Both the position numbers and the translations under genes were made by a program. Below the pieces are notes generated by a model that did no database searches, was not told where the DNA came from, and was given only the letters and a program-made list of their open reading frames with translations. Below are positions 25,993 through 36,584 of a stretch of 64,000 nucleotides of DNA, piece after piece. This DNA comes from Mobula hypostoma (Eukaryota), in NCBI RefSeq assembly GCF_963921235.1, contig NC_086097.1, positions 161,388,001-161,452,000 on the forward strand, read 5' to 3'. Position 1 is the first letter of the stretch. Each line of letters starts with the position of its first letter.

Positions 25993-26067
25993 GGTGACGC
26001 AAGCTGATGTCCTCAGGAGGGCGGCGGTGCTGTTACCCAGCTGAAACTAGCTTCACATCAGCTTCTA
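25993..26067 (+). other. Candidate alternative 5'UTR exon of slc45a4
   Basis: Acceptor CTTTTTCAG| (weak) and donor CTA|GTAAGG. 75 nt, locally CpG-retaining, contains GTG CTG TTA CCC AGC TGA. Confidence 0.3.
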
Positions 26068-28274
26068 GTAAGGGTAGCCAGGGCTGCAGTGTGGTGGGAG
26101 CGTCTAATGCAGATTTTTTAAAAACAGAAACATTGCTCAAATGCCTAATTCTGAAGTATATTAAATGTTAGTGATGCTCTAATTTGTCCTTCTCCTACTG
26201 GAGCTTATAGTTCAAATATTCCTAAACTGCTTATTTATTCAGTGTTCTCTTTTGGTGATCTGATGAATCTGTCTATTCAGAGTTCTCAACTGAAGCATAA
26301 CCATATCCAGTGTTTAACAGCTACATGTTTTTAATTGTTAGTATTCTGTTTATTTGGTGTTTGATTTTGATCCCAGTTTGGTTGTATATTATGCTCGTAA
26401 ATTCTATGCGTTTCAGCTTATTTTATACAAAGACTTAAATTATTTGTCCAGGGATTTGAATCCCTTTATTACTGGGTTAGTTTGAGAGAAGTGGTGTAAA
26501 GATGAAACTTCACAATCTTTTTTTGTCTCCAAAAGTGAAACCTATAAGGCACATTGATAATGCATTCCATTTAAAAAAAAACAGGGAAAATTACTTGGAA
26601 AATCCAGCCCCTTTTAAATGCTTAGGGTGTGTTTTAGAATGCTTCGAGCGTTTCTATTGGTAAGCTTTGCATTATTCTATTTGTCACATAGTTAGGATTA
26701 GATTAGCCATTAAGGTTAAGACATGCTTGCATAAAATCACATTTACAGTTGCATAATTGTTTACTATAGGAATCTGTTTCTAAGTCTTAAATCTGCTGGT
26801 TTAAGGTGTTGTTAGCCATGTGAGGTTTTGCAATCTGGACTGAAGTGAGAATGCTAAGTAAACAAGGATGGTCTAGTCTTTTCATGATTTTTCTGAAATT
26901 CCTAATATCAGGTCTGGGTAATTTTTTTGGGGGTGGCTGTTTTATGGAAAGATATTCGTGAGCCTTGTTTGTTAAAATGCCTTTTTAAAAAGAAACACAG
27001 TTGTAGGTTTGCTTTATGTTTTTTTTAACTATGATGCTATATATATTTTTCACCTTGGCTTCTCCATAGAATCTGTTATCTAACCATACTAATTAAGGTA
27101 ATCTTTTTTTTAAAAAGCACTATAAATTTCCTTGTCAAAACATAGCCTGTCTTTTAAGGGTATTTTTTGGGAACCAAAGTACATTAATAACTATTTGAAC
27201 TTCATAAATGTGCAAGCAATTTTTATTGGTTATGTCTGGAGCTTTCTCCTGAAGAATTCTGGATGATATTGTGGATGTGAGGTACTGAATAAATATTTAA
27301 TGTTCTCTAAAAAGTTGAAATGTCTTCCAAATATTAATATAAGGTTTTCTTTGCCCTATGTTTGAGATGAATCGTAACAATTTTATCATAGAACAGTACT
27401 TCCAATATTTGTCTGCAAATAGTTGCGTTGGCACTAGATTTTTGACTTAAAAACTAGCTGATATATTACTAGTAAACTATTGCATTAAATTTATTGTGTG
27501 CCGAAAGTCCCACTTTTAATTAAAACTTGTGATATTTGTTTTGGTATGCATCCAACTATCTGTAATTTGATAGGGATGTATCCACTGCTTACATTTTGCA
27601 GCCCCTGGAAAATTTACTGTAGTTGAAAGGTGAGCTGTTCAAATCAGCATACCTGTAATTGATAATTATAACTTGCAGCAGGATTAAGGTCTTGCCTGTA
27701 TGTATGAATATTTTGGGATCATTTCAGTAGAACTATAATTTACAATATGGTAGCCTTAGAAATTTTGAAAATGCAGTCACTGAACCTAGCAGTAATTTTA
27801 GAAATAATCCAGATATAATTTATATAGATGCCTTTTTACAGATACAGAACTGCAAAAGTCTTGGGCACATGTTTTATATATTTAAAAAAAATCTATAAAG
27901 TAAAAATGCTTTCAAAAGTGAAATGAAAATTTTCTAAATATCAAAAAATATATAAAGAGCACTAAACAGCAAAAACACCAAATCAATGTTTGGTATGACC
28001 ACCCTTTGCCTTTAAAACTGCATCTATTCTCTTTGGTACACTGTCATGCAGTTATGTAAGAAAACTGGCTAGTAGATTGTTCCAAGCATCCTGCCACAGT
28101 TCTTCTTTAGCTGTCTTGCTTGCTTCTGTATCTGCAGGTAGTCCCAGACAGCCTCAATGAGATTAGGGCTCTGGAAGCCATGCCTTAGAAACATAGAAAA
28201 TAGGTGCAGGAGTAGGCCATTCGGCCCTTCGAGCCTGCACCGCCATTTATTATGATCATGGCTGATCATCCAGC

Positions 28275-31200
28275 TCAGAACCCAGCCTTCCCTCCATACC
28301 CCCTGACCCCTGTAGCCACAAGGGCCATATCTAACTTCCTTTTAAACATAGCTAATGAACTGGCCTCAACAGTTTGCTGTGGCAGAGAATTCCACAGATT
28401 CACCACTCTCTGTGTGAAGAAGTTTTTCCTAACCTCGGTCCTAAAAGGCTTCCCCTCTATCCTCAAACTGTGACCCCTCGTTCTAGACCTCCCCAACATC
28501 GGGAACAATCTTCCCGCATCTAGCCTGTCCAATCCCTTTAGGATCTTATACGTTTCAATCAGATCCCCCCTCAATCTTCTAAATTCCAACGAGTACAAGC
28601 CCAGTTCATCCAGTCTTTCTTCATATGAAAGACCTGCCATCCCAGGAATCAATCTGGTGAACCTTCTTTGTACTCCCTCTATGGAAAAGATGTCTTTCCT
28701 CAGATTAGGGGACCAAAACTGCACACAATACTCCAGGTGTGGTCTCACCAAGGCCTTGTACAACTGCAGTAGTACCTCCCTGCTCCTGTACTCGAATCCT
28801 CTCGCTATAAATGCCAGCATACCGTTCGCCTTTTTCACCGCCTGCTGTACCTGCATGCCCACTTTCAATGACTGGTGTATAATGACACCCAGGTCTCGTT
28901 GCACCTCCCCTTTTCCTAATCGGCCACCATTCAGATAATAATCTGTTTTCCTATTTTTGCCACCAAAGTGGATAACTTCACATTTATCCACATTAAATTG
29001 CATCTGCCATGAGTTTGCCCACTCACCCAACCTATCCAAGTCACCCTGCATCCTCTTAGCATCCTCCTCACTGCTAACACTGCCACCCAGCTTTGTGTCA
29101 TCCGCAAACTTGGAGATGCTGCATTTAATTCCCTCATCCAAGTCATTAATATATATTGTAAACAACTGGGGTCCCAGCACTGAGCCTTGCGGTACCCCAC
29201 TAGTCACCGCCTGCCATTCTGAAAAGGTCCCGTTTATTCCCACTCTTTGCTTCCTGTCTGCTAACCAATTCTCCACCCACACCAATACCTTACCCCCAAT
29301 ACCGTGTGCTTTAAGTTTGCACACTAATCTCCTATGTGGGACCTTGTCAAAAGCCTTTTGAAAATCCAAATATACCACATCCACTGGTTCTCCCCTATCC
29401 ACTCTACTAGTTACATCCTCAAAAAATTCTACGAGATTCGTCAGACATGATTTTCCTTTCACAAATCAATGCTGACTTTGTCCGATCATTTCACCGCTTT
29501 CCAAATGTGCTGTTATCACATCCTTGATAACTGACTCCAGCAGTTTCCCCACCACCGACGTTAGGCTAACCGGCCTATAATTCCCCGGTTTCTCTCTCCC
29601 TCCTTTTTTTAAAAAGTGGGGTTACATTAGCCACCCTCCAATCCTCAGGAACTAGTCCAGAATCTAACGAGTTTTGAAAAATTATCACTAATGCATCCAC
29701 TATTTCTTGGGCCACTTCCTTAAGCACTCTGGGATGCAGACCGTCTGGCCCTGGGGATTTATCTGCCTTCAATCCCTTCAATTTACCTAACACCACTTCC
29801 CTACTAACATGTATTTCGCTCAGTTCCTCCATCTCACTGGACCCTCTGTCCCTTACTATTTCTGGAAGATTATTTATGTCCTCCTTAGTGAAGACAGAAC
29901 CAAAGTAATTATTCAATTGGTCTGCCATGTCCTTGCTCCCCATAATCAATTCACCTGTTTCTGTTTGCAGGGGACCTACATTTGTCTTTATCAGTCTTTT
30001 CCTTTTTACATATCTATAAAAGCTTTTACAGTCCGTTTTTATGTTCTCTGCCAGTTTTCTCTCATAATCTTTTTTCCCCTTCCTAATTAAGCCCTTTGTC
30101 CTCCTCTGCTGAACTCTGAATTTCTCCCAGTCCTCAGGTGAGCCACTTTCTCTGGCTAATTTGTATGCTACTTCTTTGGAATTGATACTATCCCTAATTT
30201 CTCTTGTCAGCCACGGGTGCACTACCTTCCTTGATTTATTCTTTTGCCAAACTGGGATGAACAATTGTTGTAGTTCATCCATGCAACCTTTAAATGCCTG
30301 CCATTGCATATCCACCGTCAATCCTTTAAGTGTCATTTGCCAGTCTATCTTAGCTAATTCATGTCTCATACCTTCAAAGTTACCCCTCTTTAAGTTCAGA
30401 ACCTTTGTTTCTGAATTAACTACGTCACTCTCCATGTCAATGAAGAATTCCACCATATTATGGTCACTCTTACCCAAGGGGCCTCTCACGACAAGATCGC
30501 TAATTAACCCTTCCTCATTGCTCAAAACCCAGTCCAGAATAGCCTGCTCTCTAGTCGGTTCCTCGACATGTTGGTTCAAAAAACCATCCCGCATACATTC
30601 CAAGAAATCCTCTTCCTCAGCACCTTTACCAATTTGGTTCACCCAGTCTACATGTAGATTGAAGTCACCCATTATAACTGCTGTTCCTTTATTGCACACA
30701 TTTCTAATTTCCTGTTTAATACCATCTCCGACCTCACTACTACTGTTAGGTGGCCTGTACACAACTCCCACCAGCGTCTTCTGCCCCTTAGTGTTACGCA
30801 GCTCTACCCATATCGATTCCACATCTTCCCGGCTTATGTCCTTCCTTTCTATTGCGTTAATCTCTTTTTTAACCAGCAACGCCACCCCACCTCCCCTTCC
30901 TTCATGTCTATCCCTCCTGAATATTGAATATCCCTGAACGTTGAGCTCCCATCCCTGGTCACCCTGGAGCCATGTCTCTGTGATCCCAACTATATCATAA
31001 TCATTAATAACAATCTGCACTTTCAATTCATCCACCTTATTACGAATGCTCCTTGCATTGACACATAAAGCCTTCAGGCGCTCTTTTACAACTCTCTTAG
31101 CCCTTTTTAATGCTTGCCCTGGATTTGTCGGCCTGCCACTTTTACTTTTCCCCTTTGTACTTTTTGCTTCTACGCTCACTTTACACCCCTCTGTCTCTCT

Positions 31201-31275
31201 GCACTGGTTCTCATCCCTCTGTTGTGAACTAACCTCCTCACACCTAGCCGCTTTAATTTGATTCCCACCCCCCAA
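28275..31275 (-). pseudogene. CR1 ORF2 (APE endonuclease plus RT) split by a single +1 frameshift at 29604-29610
   Basis: The 566-aa and 395-aa ORFs join into PLFKKGGREKPGNYRPVSLT if one A is removed from an A7 run. Confidence 0.9.
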
Positions 31276-31280
31276 CCATT

Positions 31281-32105
31281 CTAGTTTAAAGTCACCTCAG
31301 TAGCCCCCGCTAATCTCCCTGCCAGGATATTGGTTCCCCTAGGATTTAAGTGTAACCCGTCCTTTTTGTACAGGTCACACCTGCGCCAAAAGAGGTCCCA
31401 ATGATCCAAAAACTTGAATCCCTGCCCCCTGCTCCAATCCCTCAGCCACGCATTTATCCTCCACCTCATCGCATTCCTACTCTCACTGTCGCGTGGCACA
31501 GGCAGTAATCCCGAGATTACTACCTTTGCAGTCCTTTTTCTCAACTCCCTTCCTAGCTCCCTATATTCTTCTTTCAGGACCTCATCCCTTTTCCTACCTA
31601 TGTCATTGGTACCTATATGTACCAGGACCTCTGGCTCTTCACCCTCCCACTTCAGGATATCTTGGACGCGATCAGAAATATCCCGGACCCTGGCACCAGG
31701 GAGGCAAACTACCATCCGAGTCTCTGGACTGCGTCCACAGAATCGCCTATCTGACCCCCTTACTATCGAGTCCCCTATCACAACTGCCCTCCTCTTCCTT
31801 GCCCTACCCTTCTGAGCTACAGGGCCAGACTCTGTGCCGGAGGCAGGGCCACTGTCGCTTCCCCCGGGTAAGCTGTCCCCCCCAACAGTACTCAAACAGG
31901 AGTACCTGTTGTTAAGGGGCACAGCCGCCGGGGTACTCCCCATCACCTTCCTTTTCCCCTTCCCCCTCCTAACCATGACCCACTTGTCTGCCTCCCGTGG
32001 CCCCGGCGTGACCACCTGCCTTCCACTCCTCTCTATCACCTCCTCGCTCTCCCTGACCAGACGAAGGTCATCGAGCTGCAGCTCCAGTTCCGTAACGCGG
32101 TCCCT
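31281..32105 (-). pseudogene. CR1 ORF1 (coiled coil plus SGNH/GDSL esterase domain), N-terminally truncated
   Basis: VIGDSIVRG, VHIGTNDIG and DGLHLN motifs. The first codons of the ORF-track call (32174-32106) are flanking DNA. Confidence 0.88.
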
Positions 32106-32341
32106 TGTGTTGTAGAACTCCTTTCTTCTTTTCACTGAATCAGAATCAGGTTTAGTATCACCAGCATATATCATGAAATTTGTTGTCTTTGAGGCAGCAG
32201 TACAATAAGAGGGAAAAAAACATGAATTATGGTGAATATAAATAAAGTAAATAAAATTTTAAAAAGTAGTGGGGTAGTATTCATGGGTTCAATATCTGCT
32301 TAGAAATTGGATGGCGGAGGGGAAGAAACAGTTCCTGAATC

Positions 32342-32820
32342 CAGACATCCCACCTCTCCTGGAAGTTCTGGGAGTCTCCCGCATATTAATAGTGGCTCCC
32401 TGATGCCCGCAAATTATATACAATATCCCGGAAATCAATTTTTTGAGAGTGTGAGAGAGCAAGAGAGTGCGCGAGAAAGCGAGAGAGAGCGTGCCATGGC
32501 AGAGTGTTCCAAAAAAAGAAAATATAAAACGTACGTCACCCCAGACTACCCTAAAGTGTACCCCTGCCTAATAGGGGTCAAAAATAATGACAGTTTTGCT
32601 CGCTGCACTGTTTGCAACAGTGACTTTTCTATTGCCCAAGGTGGTTTAAGACTTTAAAAGACATGCTGAGGTGAGTTTAACAGGTGTCATTTGTTCATTA
32701 GCATAGCTAACGTTATTTAAACTAGCTGGCCAGCTGCTAGGGAGCTACTGTATTACAGACATCCCACCTCTCCCAGAAGTTCCGGGAGTCTCCCACAAAT
32801 TGATGGTGATACCTCCCACC
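32342..32820 (+). mobile_element. hAT-like DNA transposon fragment with BED-zinc-finger-like remnant
   Basis: FARCTVCNSDFSIAQGG. The block CAGACATCCCACCTCTCC..GGGAGTCTCCC is repeated at 32342 and 32756. Shares AAAAGACATG.TGAGGTGAGTTTAAC with 45970-45995. Confidence 0.6.
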
Positions 32821-35753
32821 ACCTCCCTGACGGTAGCAATGAGATAGAGCACATACTGGGTGATGGGGTCCTTAATGATGGATCCCATCTTTTTGAGGCA
32901 TCGCTCCTTGAACCTCATTGCTTCATCGTGTGTTCGGGGTCATTGTCCTGCTGCAGACTGAAGATGGGACAGACAAGATGCCTGCCTCCCTGATGGTTTT
33001 GCGTGATGGGTGAGAAACTGTACTCTCAACACTGAGGATCCTGTTAATTCTGACTGGATCACCAACTCCATTTGCAAAAATGCAGTTCCGTATCTGCAGG
33101 GAACCTCTGATGTGCTTCACTGTTTACTGCTGACACTCATCCATGTAGGGCTCTTCAGCTCTTTTATGAACAAACTGTCTCCTGTTTGAAATTTTAAAAA
33201 TTTCAGATTTTGACGAAGGTCCAGAGCACTTGCTGCCATTGTTCAGCATCTCAGTCCTTGTGGTTTTTTTTGCATCAGTGAGTCTTTTGGTGTTCCCCCT
33301 TTGGAGGAATGGCTTTTTTGCAGCAACTCTTTCATGAAGATCACTTATCTGAACTGTAGAAGGGCATACTTGTGTTTCAGTGGTTTCTGTGAGTTCGGAG
33401 CTGATAGCAGTGCTGGACTTCTGATTTAGAAGAGACGTCAGTTTGATGTATCTCTCATCTGCGGTACTCAGTTTCTGTGGCCGACCATTGTGCTTCAGGT
33501 CCGCCATGAAATTTCTGCTTGGGAGAGACCTTACAGATGCAGGACGACCACCTTGTGTCTCGTTGCTATGCTCACTCTTGCCATAGTGTTAACGATTTGA
33601 AGGTTAATCTGTCACATCAGCCACATCCTCATCTTTTATTTTGGCTGTCCTTTGCCCAGGTTGATTCTTCTACATCTGTTCCTGTTTCAGTTAATCAGTT
33701 TAGTTCATTCAACTCATGCCAATGATCTGTTGGTTATCTTTATCTAATCATGCACTGGGCTATATACCTACAAAGTAATCAAGTTTTTATTTGAGAAGTA
33801 TTTTATTACTTTAATGAAATACAAAAATTTTATGAATATTTGGAATTCTAAGATTTGCTCTCTTCTACTGACACTAATGCAGAAGACAAAAAATAACCAT
33901 CTAAAATAAAATTTATATTTAAAAAAAGTCTAGGGTGCCTAAGACTTGCATAGTACTGTAAATAAGTGGTTAATTTGTGCAGATTGGTTTTAAAAATCCA
34001 GAGTGATATTAACATTATTGCTTGAACGTTTTTGCAGCATTTTCTGTCCTTTCTGTCAGGTTTTTTTTTAGCATTTTCTTATTTGACAGGCATTTTGTGT
34101 TTGAATGTCATCTGTTTGTCCCACTTGAACACTCTGCATACAACTTACAATGAAATTTCAGTAAAGTGGTGAAGCTAATAAAGATACTGCTTAACTTTTT
34201 TTGCAATCCAGTTTCATTTCTGACTTTGGTAATGTCTGAGGAGTTTCTGTTTGGAATTCTCCCTACTGGCATATGGGTTTCCTTTATAATCCCAAAATAT
34301 GGATTGGCAGGTTAACTTGACCACTCTAAATACAAGGGTAGAATCTTGGGTATATTGATAGGCATAGTAGGAAACTAATACGGGTTAGGTTAGTATTACA
34401 GCAAAAATGGGTGTTTGATGGTGAGCATGGACTGCTTGTGCATTATTGTACTATCTTTCAGATGATCACAGTGATAGAACTACAGAACTTAATAGGTACT
34501 GGAGCACTTGCGGATCACCTGGGAAATCTTATTGCCACTAATATTATCAGCCTGTCTTTGCATTTAAAGCTGAGTGAAGAAACTGCATACTAGTTCTGGG
34601 ATTTTATAACAATACAGGAAAAATAGTACAACTATGACAATAATTTAAGTTTGTTCTTTCTCTCCTCCTGATCTGGGTATTTCAGTAACCATTTTCTGCT
34701 TATTATTTGCAACGTATATATGCACATCAGCTCAGACATTAATTTGATGTTTTTTTTAAATTCTGGCTTGTTTTGACCTCTCTAGATGTTGCTCAGCTAA
34801 CATTGTTTATACCTACTATTATTTGTTCCTCTAAGTGCTTTGCTGTTGTAAATATCCACTCTTTCTAAACAGCTTCTGTGGTTTGATATTGAAATGGGTA
34901 ACTAAGCCATCCCTCAGTAATGAACAGGTTCTGTTTTTAAAAACTTATTTTTGATTCGTAAGTCAGAAAATACATAATTGCTATGGTAACTATATTCCAC
35001 AATATTGAAAGATATGATATGGGGTAATTAAAATGTTTATTTTCTGTTTTCCCCTACCTAGTTACAATAGTAGAGAATGAGAATGTTCAATGAAATGCTG
35101 GTTTTAAAAGGGCTTCAAATATCAGTGATGCCTTATTTAATAGTGTTATTACACAAGTATCTTTAGAAATGATTGCTTGTCAATTTCTAAAGAAAATCTC
35201 GTGACTTTTTATAGTGTAATTGGCAGCCTGAGATCTTGAGATGGTGGTGTCTGATAACTCTCGGATAGTAAACTGGTTCCCCCCCCCCCCCCCACAAGAC
35301 TGATTTTTGTTGAATTAACATTATTGTGTGAACTCACTGATATGTACAATATCAATTAGTCAAACATTTGTAAATCAGAGGCCCTGTGTTGGCAGTTTGT
35401 AATGATGATTTGTGCTTAAGGTGAGGGGACGCAGTATTTTACAGCTTAGCACTTAGTTTATAAGTGCTTCATTTGATAAGAGATTTTAGTGCTTTTATGT
35501 CCCTCCTGTAATATGGGTAGACCTGCAACTGACCTAACTAGAGTTTAATAATATCCAACATAATTTCATATCCTTGTGTTCTCTATCTTGCCTTAAAAAA
35601 AGCTGTATGCAAAGTACTTTTCCTTATCATCTAATCTAACGTTATGCAGCAGAGGCTGCAAAATAAGATCCTATGTTTCTTTGCATTTCCTGTTCTAATG
35701 TATATTTCCTTGCCCCAATTGTCCTTCCCAAAAACACTACTTCAAGCTAACAA

Positions 35754-35947
35754 GGAATTCTGCAGATGCTGGAAATTCAAGCAACACACATCAAAGTTGC
35801 TGGTGAATGCAGCAGGCCGGGCAGCATCTCTAGGAAGAGGCACAGTCGACGTTTCGGGCCGAGATCCTTCGTCAGGACTCGTCGACTGTACCTCTTCCTA
35901 GAGATGCTGCCTGGCCTGCTGCATTCACCAGCAACTTTGATGTGTGT
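35754..35947. mobile_element. Fold-back insertion of PLE terminal repeats
   Basis: Inverted arms; perfect 16-bp flanking repeat TACTTCAAGCTAACAA (35738-35753 and 35948-35963). Confidence 0.9.
35843..35880 (-). ncRNA. Minimal type I hammerhead ribozyme motif (PLE-associated)
   Basis: Minus strand reads GAGUC CUGACGA AGGAUCUCGGCCC GAAAC GUC GACUG. It has the CUGANGA/GAAA core, stem I AGUC/GACU, a GUC triplet and a palindromic ACGU stem III. Confidence 0.65.
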
Positions 35948-36584
35948 TACTTCAAGCTAACAACAAGCCAGACTCAGTGTTATCAGTGCAGAGATTGTCA
36001 GTTAAAACTGAAGCTGTTACAAAATTCAAGATTAGATTAAGTGTTTATTCGAACATTTGGCTGGAGGATGAAGTTAACTGGTTTATTTTCATGTCGCTAA
36101 TTTTGAAGTCGTTTGTTTTGTCAGTTCAATAGTTGTATAATTTTTTTTAAACCAGTCTTTGTGACTTTGGCAACTTTCATGTAAATGCTTCATATTTGTA
36201 CCGTAAGTGCTATGAAATTGCCTTCCAATTTTTTTTTGTTGTAGATTTGCAGTGCCCTTTCATTCAAGAAAATTACTTGAGATGGACTGGTTTCTAAGTA
36301 GTAGCAATCCAAGTCTTTGACACTTGCATTATTGAAAAACTGCTGAATGGCCATTAACAAATCAGATATACATAAATCCCACAGGAGCTGAACTTGCTGA
36401 ACTGCTGAAATTTGTGTTATACTTGATCTAATTTTGCATACTACCTATAAGCAGTAGGTGACTAGAAGTCGATTAGATGTAATAATCATAAGAACATTTA
36501 CTACTTTGAGAGAAAATAGCAAGGTTAGTTAAAAGGGGTCACAGCAGTTCCAGTTGATGCAAGTTTAATAAATTGAATAAATGA

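Larger units (their letters stand above)
28185..32105 (-). mobile_element. Young CR1 LINE, about 3.9 kb, truncated only in the 5' part of ORF1
   Basis: Long open ORF1 and ORF2 segments; the 3' tail TAGAAACATAGAAA is at about 28186. Confidence 0.95.
27845..33958 (-). mobile_element. Tc1/mariner transposon (decayed) carrying nested insertions
   Basis: Imperfect TIRs CAGAACTGCAAAAGTCTTGGGCAC and GTGCCTAAGACTTGCATAGTACTG, each flanked by TA. Transposase remnants GRPQKLSTADERYIKL, AAKKPFL and QSPNLIEAVWDYL. Confidence 0.85.

Noticed and set aside
29600..29616. Programmed ribosomal frameshift in CR1 ORF2
   Set aside because: The other CR1 copies in the window read straight through PLF(K/Q)KG, so this is a copy-specific indel or a sequencing error.
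30161..30937. 258-aa + strand ORF and similar antisense ORFs (28957..29361, 31414..31815)
   Set aside because: They are shadow frames opposite CR1 ORF1/ORF2.
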